A stretch of 29,300 bases of DNA from Fimbriimonadales bacterium (GCA_041744215.1 JBGTLG010000014.1:1-29300); one strand, 5' to 3'; numbered from the stretch's first letter, positions 19,265 through 29,089 are shown. Notes: generated by a model from the letters alone, not told the origin. Translations and numbers: made by a program.

Positions 19265-20787
19265 GTTGGGACGATCCCCGGTGGGCCGCATTTGTTGCGT
19301 ACTTCCTGATGGTCCTGGGAATCGGTGTTTACGCAACGAGATTCTCTTCGGGCGGTGTCGGCGAGTTCTTCGTTGGCGGAAGAACGATGTCGAAGTTTGT
19401 CGTCGCGCTTTCAGCTGTTGTGAGCGCGCGCAGCGCATGGGTATTCCTCGGCCTGGTTGGTGTCGCATACAAACAGGGTGCATCCGCAATCTGGTACGTA
19501 GTTGGGTTTATCGTTGCAGAGATGCTGCTGTTTTTCTTCTTCGCTCCCAGGATCCGTAGGTTTAGCGGAAAGCACGACTGCATCACCGTTCCAGACTTTC
19601 TCGCGGTTCGCTTTGGCGATAAGTACGGCGTACTGCGCACCGTCACGGTTGTCACGATGCTCATGTTTATACTGCCTTACATCGCTTCGCAGTTTGTTGG
19701 TGGCGGAAAGAGCCTCTCCGCGGCATTCCAAATGCCGGAGATAACCGGAATTCTGCTCACCGCTGGTGTCGTGATGCTGTACACGCTGCTGGGCGGATTT
19801 CTTGCAGTAAGTCTCACCGACACAATCCAAGCGTGCTTCATGATCTTTGCGCTCGTCGCGTTGCCAATCATCGTGATCATGAATGAAGGTGGTCTCACGT
19901 CGATGTTCGGAGCATTGGATCCTGGAATGATCGACCCGACAAAGATCGCAATCGGAGCCCTTTTTGGCGCGCTCGGTCTAGGATTGGGCTCAGCAGGCAA
20001 CCCCCACATCACTGCGCGGTACATGTCGATCCGAAACCCCGACGGGTTGCGTTTTGCGGGTGTTTTGGGAACTGTGTGGTGCGTGATCATGTGCTGGGGC
20101 GCTGTGTTCATTGGACTCGCAGGCCGAGTAGCAATTCCAGATGCAAGCGCACTGCCAGATGGAGACGCGGAAAAAGTGTTTCCCGTCTTGACCGAGATGT
20201 TCCTGCACCCATTGCTTGCAGGCGCAGTATTGGCTGCCATCTTCGCCGCAATAATGTCTACAGCAGATTCGCAACTGCTGGTCGCCGCATCAGCGATCGT
20301 CCGAGACATTTACCAAAAGCTGATTCGAAAGGGGGAAGAGATCTCGCAGCGCACGCTCGTACTGATGAGTCGAACCATCGTGTTCCTCATAGTGGCGATA
20401 GCAATCTACTTCGGAATGAGATTTGCTGGACAACTCCACGATCTTATCGTGCTTGCGTGGTCAGGTCCCGGTGCTGCGCTCGGTCCTGTAATGCTGCTTG
20501 CGATCTTCTGGAGCAGGACGACTCTAGCGGGAGCGATAGGAGGAATCGTCGCCGGTGTCTCGACAGTTCTGTTTTGGGCGAACTACGAGATCTTTCGCGA
20601 TGGCGCGCCCATAACGCTCAATAAGGCGTACATTGGCGAAATCGTCCCCGGTTTTGCGGCGTCGCTCCTGGTCTGTATCTTACTGAGCCTCCTGTCACGC
20701 CCTCCCCAAAGCTCGGCCGAACTGCTTGAAGATATGAGAGCACCCCAATCACCGCCCGATCCAGAAAGTAACGAAATTGCCGCGTGA
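19261..20787 (+). CDS. putP: Sodium:solute symporter, PutP (Na+/proline)-like
   Basis: FFVGGR, ALSA..S.RSAW.FLGL.G, YTLLGGFLAVSLTDTIQ, G.PHI..RYM, AAIMSTADSQLL. About 13 hydrophobic segments. Substrate not certain. Confidence 0.85.
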   Translation: MSWDDPRWAAFVAYFLMVLGIGVYATRFSSGGVGEFFVGGRTMSKFVVALSAVVSARSAWVFLGLVGVAYKQGASAIWYVVGFIVAEMLLFFFFAPRIRRFSGKHDCITVPDFLAVRFGDKYGVLRTVTVVTMLMFILPYIASQFVGGGKSLSAAFQMPEITGILLTAGVVMLYTLLGGFLAVSLTDTIQACFMIFALVALPIIVIMNEGGLTSMFGALDPGMIDPTKIAIGALFGALGLGLGSAGNPHITARYMSIRNPDGLRFAGVLGTVWCVIMCWGAVFIGLAGRVAIPDASALPDGDAEKVFPVLTEMFLHPLLAGAVLAAIFAAIMSTADSQLLVAASAIVRDIYQKLIRKGEEISQRTLVLMSRTIVFLIVAIAIYFGMRFAGQLHDLIVLAWSGPGAALGPVMLLAIFWSRTTLAGAIGGIVAGVSTVLFWANYEIFRDGAPITLNKAYIGEIVPGFAASLLVCILLSLLSRPPQSSAELLEDMRAPQSPPDPESNEIAA

Positions 20788-20826
20788 GCAAGCAGTCTCA
20801 GTGAGATTCGCGCTACAATTAACAAA

Positions 20827-22308
20827 GTGTCACGGCTGCGTGTCTTGAACCCCGATGCCGACAGGCCCAAGGAGGAGTGCGGCATCTTCGCCGTGTACGC
20901 GCCGGGCAGCGACGCAGCTCGTACCACCTTCTTCGGATTATTCGCCCTCCAGCACCGTGGACAAGAGTCATGCGGAATCGCGGTGAGTGACGGCGAGAAG
21001 ATCCGGATGCACAAGGACATGGGCTTGGTCTCCCAAGTCTTTACAGAAGACATCCTCGCAACGATGCCAGGGCACATGGCAATTGGTCACACGCGTTACA
21101 GCACGACAGGAGCGAGCGTAAAGCGAAACGCGCAACCCGTTAGCTGCACAACGATGACCGGAGACATAACCGTCGCGCACAATGGCAACCTGATCAACGC
21201 GCATGAACTCCGCGCTGAGATGGAAGCAGACGGCGAAATCTTCGACACAACCAACGACAGCGAAGTGATCGCAAAGCTGTTCGCGCGGGAAGCGAGCAAC
21301 GACTTTGTCGAAGCGATTCGCAACGTGATGAAAAAGCTGCAGGGCGCCTATTCTGTTGCGGTGCTCACGACGAAGCGAGTCGCCGCTTTTCGGGATCCGA
21401 ATGGCGTGAGGCCGTTAGTTGTTGGAAAAGTCGAAGGCGGCTGGGTGGTCAGTAGTGAAACGTGCGCTTTCAATCCCGTAGGCGCAGAGTTTTGGGGAGA
21501 CGTTCATCCAGGATGTATCGCAGTTGTCGATGAGCGCGGCGCGAGAATCGAACAGGCGGTCGAACCCAGTCGACCTGCGATGTGTATGTTCGAGTTTATC
21601 TACTTCGCACGCCCAGACAGCATCATGTATGGGACTCGGCTGTACAACGCGCGCGAAAGAATGGGCGAGCGGCTTGCCGTGGAGCATCCAATAGATGCCG
21701 ACATTGTCATTCCAGTCCCAGATACCGGAATCCCAGGTGCGTTGGGATACAGCAGGGTAAGCGACATTCCCTATGCCGAAGGGCTGATAAAAAGTCGCTA
21801 CATTCATCGCACATTCATCCAACCAGACCAAAAGATGCGCGAAATGGGAGTTCGACTCAAGCTGACTCCGCTTGAAGAGAACATTCGAGGGAAAAGGCTT
21901 ATCCTCGTCGATGATTCGATTGTTCGAGCGACGACCACCAAGCAGATAGTCAAGCTGCTTTTTGAATCTGGCGCAAAAGAAGTGCACGTTCGCATCACTG
22001 CGCCGCCGATAACGCACCCTTGTTTCTACGGAATAGACATGGCCTCGCGCGGTGAGTTGGCCGCGGCAAAGTGGTCGGTCGAAGAGATCTGTGCTCATAT
22101 TGGCGCAACCTCCCTCGGATACCTCTCAATCGCGGGAGCAGTGGAGGCGGTCGGACGCCCAAAAAATGAGTTTTGCCTCGCCTGCTTCAACGGCGACTAC
22201 CCAATTGCCGTACCTGCAGGCGTGCGAAAAGATGTCTTCGAGAAGTCGAAGACGGGTGCGTTCGCAACCGTTTCATCAGGACAGGCCCGGCTCGAGTTCG
22301 ACGACTGA
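20827..22308 (+). CDS. purF: Amidophosphoribosyltransferase (propeptide and Fe-S cluster type)
   Basis: EECGIF, LQHRGQES, GHTRYST, HNGNL, FEFIYFARPDS, LVDDSIVR, PCFYGID, CLACF. Confidence 0.97.
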   Translation: MSRLRVLNPDADRPKEECGIFAVYAPGSDAARTTFFGLFALQHRGQESCGIAVSDGEKIRMHKDMGLVSQVFTEDILATMPGHMAIGHTRYSTTGASVKRNAQPVSCTTMTGDITVAHNGNLINAHELRAEMEADGEIFDTTNDSEVIAKLFAREASNDFVEAIRNVMKKLQGAYSVAVLTTKRVAAFRDPNGVRPLVVGKVEGGWVVSSETCAFNPVGAEFWGDVHPGCIAVVDERGARIEQAVEPSRPAMCMFEFIYFARPDSIMYGTRLYNARERMGERLAVEHPIDADIVIPVPDTGIPGALGYSRVSDIPYAEGLIKSRYIHRTFIQPDQKMREMGVRLKLTPLEENIRGKRLILVDDSIVRATTTKQIVKLLFESGAKEVHVRITAPPITHPCFYGIDMASRGELAAAKWSVEEICAHIGATSLGYLSIAGAVEAVGRPKNEFCLACFNGDYPIAVPAGVRKDVFEKSKTGAFATVSSGQARLEFDD

Positions 22309-22333
22309 CCTGCTCGAAGTAAAATAGCCCCCT

Positions 22334-23065
22334 ATGGCCGGGCACAGCAAATGGGCAAACATTCGCATTCGCAAGGGTAAGCAGGACGCGCTGCGCGGAA
22401 ACCTCTTCACAAAGCTCTCACGCGAGATTATTGTCGCCGCAAAACTCGGGGGCCCCGATCAGGAGATGAACTCGAGGCTTAGGGCAGCTATATCTAAAGC
22501 AAAACTGAATCGAATGCCAAACGACACCATCAAAAAGGCGATCGACAAGGCAACCGGTGGGGGCGAAGGAACAAACCTCGAAGAAGTCACCTACGAAGGC
22601 TATGGTCCGGGAGGCACTGCGATAATCATCAAGTGTCTCACCGACAACAAGAACCGAACAGTTCCTGAGTTGCGACATGCGTTTAGCAAACACGGGGGCA
22701 ATCTCGCAGAAAACGGATCGGTCAGTTGGCAGTTTAAGCAACAAGGCGAGATCATGATCCCAGCGACCGGCGTCGACGAAGAAGAACTGACTCTCGCCGC
22801 GCTCGACGGAGGAGCGGAGGACGTGGGTCAAGATGACGGCTACTACACCGTGGTCACGCCGATCGAAACTTTTCATGCTGTTCGCGACAAACTTGAAACA
22901 GCAGGCTATTCCATCGAGGAAGCCGACCTCGCCATGAATCCGACCAATAAGGTCGAAATCTCTTCAGGCGACGCAGAGTCGCTGATGAAGTTGCTTGAAA
23001 AGCTCGACGAACTCGATGACGTTCAAGAGACGTACTTCAACGCCGATCTCCCGGAGGAAGAGTAG
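22334..23065 (+). CDS. yebC: YebC/PmpR family protein
   Basis: MAGHSKWANI, YEGYGPGG, LTDNKNRT, LDELDDVQ. Confidence 0.96.
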   Translation: MAGHSKWANIRIRKGKQDALRGNLFTKLSREIIVAAKLGGPDQEMNSRLRAAISKAKLNRMPNDTIKKAIDKATGGGEGTNLEEVTYEGYGPGGTAIIIKCLTDNKNRTVPELRHAFSKHGGNLAENGSVSWQFKQQGEIMIPATGVDEEELTLAALDGGAEDVGQDDGYYTVVTPIETFHAVRDKLETAGYSIEEADLAMNPTNKVEISSGDAESLMKLLEKLDELDDVQETYFNADLPEEE

Positions 23066-23159
23066 CCTTGCTATTCCTAGATAAGCATGAAATTGCGTGC
23101 GGCTTCAAAACGGTAACAGAGAAGCTGCTCGATAGCGACTTCGACGTTGGCTCACAATC

Positions 23160-24239
23160 ATGACCAAACGCATACCGTTCGCAACACTTCTCCTTATAGT
23201 TGCAAATCTTGTTGTTGCGGTTTTCACTCTCGGAGCCGATCGCGCGGAGTGGGCGTGGGGATTCATCCCGAGCAGCCCCGACTGGACAAAGCTTGTCGCG
23301 TCGATGTTTGCGCATACGAATCCTGTCCACCTGCTTGGCAACATGGTGTTCCTCGCCGCCGTAGGTCCGGCCGTCGAAACCGCAGCCGGTTCCATCCGAA
23401 TGCTCCTCGTCTACGTTGCAGGTGGGCTCTTGGGAGGCCTTGCGCACTTGGCGATGACGACAGCGACGCAGCCGATGACAGCGTCGAAGCCGCTCATAGG
23501 CGCAAGTGCGGCCATCGCGGCGCTCGTCGGATACTATTGGTTGCGCTTCTATCGTAAGCGAGTTCCACTCGCGCCAAAAGTGCAAGTGCCGGTTTATGCG
23601 GTGGTTATCGTATGGCTCGCGCTGCAAATCGCAGGCGCCCTCCTTTCGCAGGCGCAGTTCTACGGACCTGTCGCTTATTGGGCGCACCTCGGTGGATTCG
23701 TGGGCGGTTTCGTCCTTGCGCTCGTCTTCAAGGCTGGCAAGGCAGCTGAATCGGAAGCCTGGCAGTCCCACATCGAATCCGCAGCCGATCTAGGCCCCGC
23801 CGCCCAGGCCGAAGCAGCACGGGCATATCTCGCGCGAAAGCCCGACGACTTGCCCACGTTGCGCAATCTTTCGGCAGCGCTACAACTCTTGGGCGACAAA
23901 GGAGAAGAGGAGAAGGTTGTCGCGCGAGTATTCGAACTTAACGCCTCTTTCGAAGGCGCATTCGCAGTAGACCGCCTCGTAATACTCGATGGCCTCAAGA
24001 AGATTCCGCAAGCAAAGCGCCTCAAATGTGCGCAACAACTTGCGACAACGAACCCGCGTGCATCAGAGTCGGTGCTTATCTCTTTGGGCGACAACCCCGA
24101 TGCGCTGTCAATGCTCGTCGATCTGCTCGGCGATACCGAACCGGAGCGTGCAAAGTCTTACCTGCAGCAGCTGGAAATCATGCACGCGCTCAGCCCACAA
24201 TACGAAGCCACAAAGAAACGCTGGACGCGGTTGATGTGA
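23160..24239 (+). CDS. Rhomboid family intramembrane serine protease with C-terminal TPR-like helical extension
   Basis: SMFAH...HLLGNM.FL, GASAA (catalytic Ser), AYWAHLGG (catalytic His). Confidence 0.92.
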   Translation: MTKRIPFATLLLIVANLVVAVFTLGADRAEWAWGFIPSSPDWTKLVASMFAHTNPVHLLGNMVFLAAVGPAVETAAGSIRMLLVYVAGGLLGGLAHLAMTTATQPMTASKPLIGASAAIAALVGYYWLRFYRKRVPLAPKVQVPVYAVVIVWLALQIAGALLSQAQFYGPVAYWAHLGGFVGGFVLALVFKAGKAAESEAWQSHIESAADLGPAAQAEAARAYLARKPDDLPTLRNLSAALQLLGDKGEEEKVVARVFELNASFEGAFAVDRLVILDGLKKIPQAKRLKCAQQLATTNPRASESVLISLGDNPDALSMLVDLLGDTEPERAKSYLQQLEIMHALSPQYEATKKRWTRLM

Positions 24240-24377
24240 CTCGGCTTCGGCCGAAAACGGCAGTCGCGGGGCATCTCATCCCTCAGGATTACATGAATGC
24301 ATACTATGTCGTTAGCGTGTATGAGATCTACCTGCTGCCCAAAAATGAGTGGGCGGTAATGCGCTAAAGTCTGAAGA

Positions 24378-25277
24378 TTATTCGAGAATCACGGTGGGCG
24401 TCCACTGCAATCGCTCAAGAGCATCCAAGTAGTCCTGATCCGTCAGCTCGGTCGGTTGCTTGCCCAGCAGCGAAACGAGAACGCACTCCATCACGTTTGT
24501 TCCAAATGACTCTCCATCGATTTGCGGGGTTGACGTGATGGCCTTAGCAACACCTGCATCCCGCAAAAATGAGAGATCCTGTTTACGCAAAGTGTTCGTA
24601 ATGACGACTTTGCCTTGCATCTTGTTTGGGCAATACCTGCGTATGAATGGCCAGTCGCCGCACACGACACTCGCTTCTTCGAATGCCCAATCAAACTTCG
24701 GCGTTCGCTTTTCTTGTTTCTCTCCTGTCGGATAAAACCACTTGAACGGCAAGCGTGTGATGATCGGGAGAGCGAGCTTCCCCAGCCAGCGCACTGTCCG
24801 CAGCGAACGCAAGCGAATGGGAAGACCAACCGCAAACATCAAATCGCCATAGACGACGCTCGGACAAACTTCCGATAGGGCGTGGGCCATCCCAAAGCGG
24901 TCGACCGCGGACGTCAACAGTGCCGAACCGTTCGCAAAATCTACGGTTCCATTCTCCGCGAGCGTGTGAATCAGCTTCCGCTCCAAAGTGTGCTTGAGCC
25001 CGCTGCCATCCACCACCGGAGTCCGCTTCGCTCCTGCGATCAAACGCGCAATCTGCTTAAACGTGTAACGCTTGCTGTCGATCCACAGGTAGATGTCCGC
25101 TCCGCCAACTCCCAGCGCATCAACCTGGCCGTCCAGCTCAGAAAACTTCTGCGCAAACGCCTCCAAATCGCCATCGACGCCGATCCGGTCGATAACGAAC
25201 TCTTCGCCCAGAATAGTCACGCGGCTCGATTTATTGCGCTTGCTCGAACCCAAGCTGATGGAGGCGACACGTTTCAT
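24378..25277 (-). CDS. Conserved protein of the family usually annotated 'quinate 5-dehydrogenase'-like (function uncertain)
   Basis: MKRVASISLGSSKR, VDGSGLKHTLER, SAVDRFGMA, YGDLMF, FYPTG, SFGTNVME, recognised from memory of this family. Confidence 0.65.
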   Translation of the reverse strand: MKRVASISLGSSKRNKSSRVTILGEEFVIDRIGVDGDLEAFAQKFSELDGQVDALGVGGADIYLWIDSKRYTFKQIARLIAGAKRTPVVDGSGLKHTLERKLIHTLAENGTVDFANGSALLTSAVDRFGMAHALSEVCPSVVYGDLMFAVGLPIRLRSLRTVRWLGKLALPIITRLPFKWFYPTGEKQEKRTPKFDWAFEEASVVCGDWPFIRRYCPNKMQGKVVITNTLRKQDLSFLRDAGVAKAITSTPQIDGESFGTNVMECVLVSLLGKQPTELTDQDYLDALERLQWTPTVILE

Positions 25278-25335
25278 ATCAATTCGACCCGGCGATCATG
25301 GCACACGTACGCTGGCGTAGGCGTAGTAGAAAATC

Positions 25336-25848
25336 ATGGGAGTTATCAATCGACAGCACGCCACGGTACCGACTCAGCTCGCAACGCCAACGAGTCTCGA
25401 AGCAGAACCCACGGCGAACATCAGCAGAGCCCTCGCCGCCCTCACCGCCGACGTACTCGCGCTGTATGTCAAAACCAAGAACTATCATTGGCACGTAACC
25501 GGGCCTCACTTCCGAACACTTCACCTCTTGTTCGACGAGCAGGCCGCGGAGCTTATCGGAATGGTAGATGTTCTCGCGGAGCGCGCACGCAAAATCGGGG
25601 GCGCGTCTATCCGAAGCATCTCGGAGATTTCGCGGCTGCAGCGCATCGCAGATGACAACGATGCGATCGTGCCCGCAGAGGATATGCTCAAGCGACTTCG
25701 CAATGACAATCTGGAACTTAAAAACAGGATGTCCGAAGCAAAGTCCATTTGCGACGACGCTCGCGATGCTGCGACCTCTGCCGTGCTCGATGAATTCATC
25801 GATCAAGCAGAACGCCGCGTCTGGTTCCTCGACGCCTCGATTGAGTGA
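25336..25848 (+). CDS. dps: Dps family ferritin-like DNA protection protein
   Basis: LYVKTKNYHWHVTGPHFRTLHLLFDEQ...DVLAERARKIG...ERRVWFL. Confidence 0.95.
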   Translation: MGVINRQHATVPTQLATPTSLEAEPTANISRALAALTADVLALYVKTKNYHWHVTGPHFRTLHLLFDEQAAELIGMVDVLAERARKIGGASIRSISEISRLQRIADDNDAIVPAEDMLKRLRNDNLELKNRMSEAKSICDDARDAATSAVLDEFIDQAERRVWFLDASIE

Positions 25849-25849
25849 A

Positions 25850-26803
25850 CTAACAATTCACACAATTCTCGATCTTCCCGGTGCTCCGAAAGACGGAAAA
25901 GATCCGCACGGTTTCCTCAGCAACAGCATCCTGCGCTTCGTCAGTGCTCGCGCCAATGTGGTGCGTGCAATAAACGCCCGGCAGCGACTGCAAAGCGCCA
26001 TCATATTCGCCTTGGGCAACCGCGGGCTCTCCATCAAAGACGTCTAAACCGGCGCGAATCCCTTTATCGCTGATCGCCCTAATCAACGCCGTCTGATCAA
26101 CCACTTCCGACCGGCTGGTGTTTACGAAGATGGCTCCTGGTTTAAGAGAATCGAAAAACGACGCGCCGATACAAAGCTTCGTCTCTGCGGTAAGCGAACA
26201 ATGCACAGAAACTACGTAGCTCTTTGCCGCAAGCTCCTCTTGCGATGAGCACAACTCGACACCCAGTGCCTTCGCCTGCTCTGGCGAAGTGTGCTTGCTA
26301 AACGCGACGACACTCATACCAAATGCGTGGGCAACAGGAATCATTCCTCTGCCAATAAACCCGAGCCCGATCAATCCAAGTGTCCTTCCACGCAAACCTT
26401 TCGCCTTCGAGAACTCCTTCTTGTTCCATCTGCCCTCACGCAACTCCGACACGTTTTCAGGAATGCGCCGATCGCACGACAAAATCAATCCCCACGCCAA
26501 CTCAACCACGGCCGCCGAGTTCTTTCCAGGGCAGTTTGCAACGCCAATCCCCTTTGCGCGCGCAGCATCAATGTCGATCGTGTTGTATCCGGCGCCGGCT
26601 CTTACGATCAACTTAAGCCCGTCCACCATATGCTCCGCCTGCACCTTCGTCGATCGAACAATCAGCCCTTCAGGTCGCTCACGCTCCAGCGCAGCAACGA
26701 GCGCGTCCTCTTTCAGGTCCGGATCAGATACCACGTCAAATCCGCTCGCAGTCAGGCCGTCGAGTCCAGCCTGCTCAAATTTATCGGCAACAAGCACTTT
26801 CAT
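25850..26803 (-). CDS. D-isomer-specific 2-hydroxyacid dehydrogenase (phosphoglycerate dehydrogenase-like, no ACT domain)
   Basis: LIVRSTKV, RAGAGYNTID, GLIGLGFIG, NTSR, LDVFDGEP, HHIGAST.EAQ. Confidence 0.9.
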   Translation of the reverse strand: MKVLVADKFEQAGLDGLTASGFDVVSDPDLKEDALVAALERERPEGLIVRSTKVQAEHMVDGLKLIVRAGAGYNTIDIDAARAKGIGVANCPGKNSAAVVELAWGLILSCDRRIPENVSELREGRWNKKEFSKAKGLRGRTLGLIGLGFIGRGMIPVAHAFGMSVVAFSKHTSPEQAKALGVELCSSQEELAAKSYVVSVHCSLTAETKLCIGASFFDSLKPGAIFVNTSRSEVVDQTALIRAISDKGIRAGLDVFDGEPAVAQGEYDGALQSLPGVYCTHHIGASTDEAQDAVAEETVRIFSVFRSTGKIENCVNC

Positions 26804-26843
26804 AAGACAGGATTTTAGCCGACGGCGTAGAATAAAGATTCAG

Positions 26844-27278
26844 ATGGCAAACCCGATCCTATCCCCTGTCTTCGCGGAATCCGGCAACACCCTCAACCGA
26901 GTGATCGACGGGTTCCCAGAGTCCGCTTGGGATTCACGCCTTACGCCGTCGTCCAAATCCGCCAAAGAAATCCTCGGGCACCTGACGATGGTTTACGCAG
27001 CGTACATCGCTCTGCTCGAAACAGGGCATGTGGATTGGGCTCGTTACGATCCCGCCGGTAAGTCGGTCGACGCACTAATTGCAGATTTGGGTGAAACGCG
27101 CCGCTTCGCGGTAGACGAAGCCAACGGCTCAGAAATGCCGCTTATTCATAGAGGCGCGCTCGAATACGTCGTCATGCACGAGATGTATCACCTCGGGCAG
27201 CTTACTCTGATAAGAAGCGAAGCGGAACCGGACTGGGACGCGGAAGCGATTTTTACGGGTTGGGTAACCCACCTATAA
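26844..27278 (+). CDS. DinB/YfiT-like (DinB superfamily) protein
   Basis: C-terminal 144 aa of ORF 26289-27278, from ATG 26844. KEILGHL and HEMYHLGQL give the His triad. Confidence 0.85.
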   Translation: MANPILSPVFAESGNTLNRVIDGFPESAWDSRLTPSSKSAKEILGHLTMVYAAYIALLETGHVDWARYDPAGKSVDALIADLGETRRFAVDEANGSEMPLIHRGALEYVVMHEMYHLGQLTLIRSEAEPDWDAEAIFTGWVTHL

Positions 27279-27291
27279 GTTCTCTACAAAC

Positions 27292-28470
27292 TTAACGCCA
27301 GCCATATGCGCCAAAAAGCTCAGGCGCAAGCAAGTCAGACTGCGTGTTGCCCGCAAGCGTAAATGCAAATCCGATTGGCGATGGCGGGTCGCTGCCGCGA
27401 TAATTGTATTGTGTGCCGCCCCAACGATTACCCGCCGCGACCAATTCGAAGCGCGTGTACTTCTGCGCGTTCAGATCGAACGCAGCGCCACCCAACAAGC
27501 GCAGCGCGAGGCCGTGCGAACCCGAATCCGTTCGAGTCTCGCCGTCAAAACGAACTTCGACAACCTGACCCTTTACGGCGGTCACCGTCGATTTCAGATA
27601 CGCCATCCGAACTTCGCCCTCAGAAAACGCGCGCGACTGACCGCGCACCGTGTCGACTAAGTGCGCCCGAGCCAGTCTTCGTATTAATGGACTCGGAACA
27701 AGAGTGTGCGCTCCCGCTTCAAACTTCGACGGCAAGAACTGCACCGCTTCTTCGCGCTTGAACCAAGCGAGATCCTGGTTCCATGCTTTGCCGCGCCAAT
27801 CTCTTGGCAGACTCGCATGAGGCAAATCCCGAACGTATTGGCGCAAGATCAAACCGCCGATCGGATAGAAGCGCTCGTCTCGCTGCAGTCGGCCCGTCCA
27901 TCCGCTGGGATCTTGCGGGAGCAGGCGCCGCGCCTTCGGCAGCTTGTTCCACTCTTCTAATCCCTTTTGCAAAGTGCGCGCGACGGGAGCAGCCTCGGTC
28001 GAGTTAATCGACGCGAGCAAAACGCCGCTTGGCGCGATGCAATAGATTCCTTGTTGCGATCCGCCTTTCGCTCCATAGTGTCCCTGCTTCGCGACATATT
28101 GGAAGAGTTGACACTCAGGGTCGTCGCCGCTTTGCAGGCGATAGACTTCGTCGGCGGCCGGCACGTAGTACTGCGCAAGCCGCCTTACGTTGCTGTCAGT
28201 CCAGACAAACTGCCTGGCTTTAACCCCGTTGTTTCACGTACAGGTCAGCGGATGCCCGTTCATGACCCAAAGCAGGATCGGCGCCTCCCGCTTGTTGGCG
28301 TCGAGCACCGCCTGCCAATACGTCGGGTACCAGGGAATCGTCATGAACTGCCGCTCGGCCTGGGTGGGCATGATGAAGGCGCGGAATTTGGCGAACGTCG
28401 CGTCCGTCAATTCCTCCGCCTGGGCGCATACCCCCAAGGCCAGCACAGCCAATAGAATCCGAAGTCTCAT
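27292..28470 (-). CDS. Probable selenoprotein: secreted thioredoxin-like protein, 392 aa, Sec (UGA) at codon 79 in a CxU motif
   Basis: ORFs 28234-28491 and 27292-28164 are in the same frame, separated only by TGA at 28234-28236. Read-through gives ...PILLWVMNGHPLTCT-U-NNGVKARQFVWTDSNVRRLAQYYVPAADEV.... Signal peptide MRLRILLAVLALGVCAQA from ATG 28470. A SECIS-like hairpin follows the UGA. Confidence 0.85.
28195..28224 (-). promoter_or_regulatory. Putative bacterial SECIS element
   Basis: mRNA after the UGA reads AACAACGGG-GUUA-AAG-CCAGGCA-GUU-UGUCUGG-AC-UGAC. It has a 7-bp upper stem, a G-first apical loop starting 24 nt after the UGA, and a lower GUUA/UGAC stem. Confidence 0.7.
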
Positions 28471-28628
28471 ACAAGTTTGAAGAGCCGCCATGCCGGCGAA
28501 GCAGGCAATCGCGGGAATCCTCCCGGATCCCCATTTTATATGATCGGCGTGATCCGCCGCAGATTGAGGGCGGACCTCGCCGGCTGCCGGATTCGGGTCC
28601 CGGGTCGGCGGGGCTCCTCGGTTTGTGG

Positions 28629-28805
28629 TGGTTGACCTGGCTTGTTTCAGATTGTTAACGACTCATCGGACTCACTGCACTCATCGATCTCATCACTGTT
28701 TATTTTTGTTAACGCGGGGTTTTGAACTCGCTGGGTGAGGTAGGTGGTGCGGTGCGAGCGGTACGGACGCTTTCTTTCGTGCATGAGAGTTCCGTCGGTT
28801 AAGTC
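28629..28805 (-). repeat. Copy B of the 177-bp dispersed non-coding element (inverted relative to 178-354)
   Basis: See copy A. The reverse complement of core 28652-28718 is CCCGCGTTAACAAAAATAAACAGTGATGAGATCGATGAGTGCAGTGAGTCCGATGAGTCGTTAACAA. Confidence 0.92.
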
Positions 28806-29059
28806 TTTGGAGCGCCGAAAGTCAACCTCTTGTGAGATTGCGAGCCAGACCGACCACCGGGGATGGGATGCTGCCATGCGCAGTTCACGGACAGATTCTT
28901 TCGGAGCATTGCGTTTTAGGAGGCTGCTGAAGAATCTGTCAGTGCCGCCCGGGCGGTGCGAGTGGGGATTTTGGGTCCAAGTTGCGGGGTCTCCGTGCTC
29001 CGGCTCTTCCGTCTTCCGACCTCGTTCGGCTACCAAAGAAAAGTTTTTTTGAAACAACT

Positions 29060-29089
29060 TTGTTGATTACGATAAATCCGTGTTATATT
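29060..29089 (+). promoter_or_regulatory. Possible sigma70-type promoter (extended -10)
   Basis: AT-rich patch with TG-T-TATATT at 29081-29089 and TTGTTG/TTGATT upstream, ahead of the ORF at 29127. Confidence 0.45.

Noticed and set aside
24240-24367. Tiny ORF MNAYYVVSVYEIYLLPKNEWAVMR and a UUCG hairpin after the rhomboid gene
   Set aside because: The ORF is too short and has no convincing RBS or family signal. The hairpin is small and lacks a U-tract.
26289-26843. N-terminal 185 aa of the 329-aa ORF
   Set aside because: It is the antisense shadow of the dehydrogenase gene. The DinB domain starts at ATG 26844.
28234-28491. Independent 85-aa protein, or pseudogene caused by a nonsense mutation
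   Set aside because: The frame continues cleanly past the TGA, the TGA lies in a Cys-proximal redox-motif position, and a SECIS-like hairpin follows. Recoding explains this better, pending homolog checks.
28647-29057. 136-aa minus-strand ORF (and the 28744-29052 plus-strand ORF)
   Set aside because: It overlaps the repeat. The homologous frame in copy A contains a stop, the core substitutions are non-synonymous, and no protein features are recognisable.
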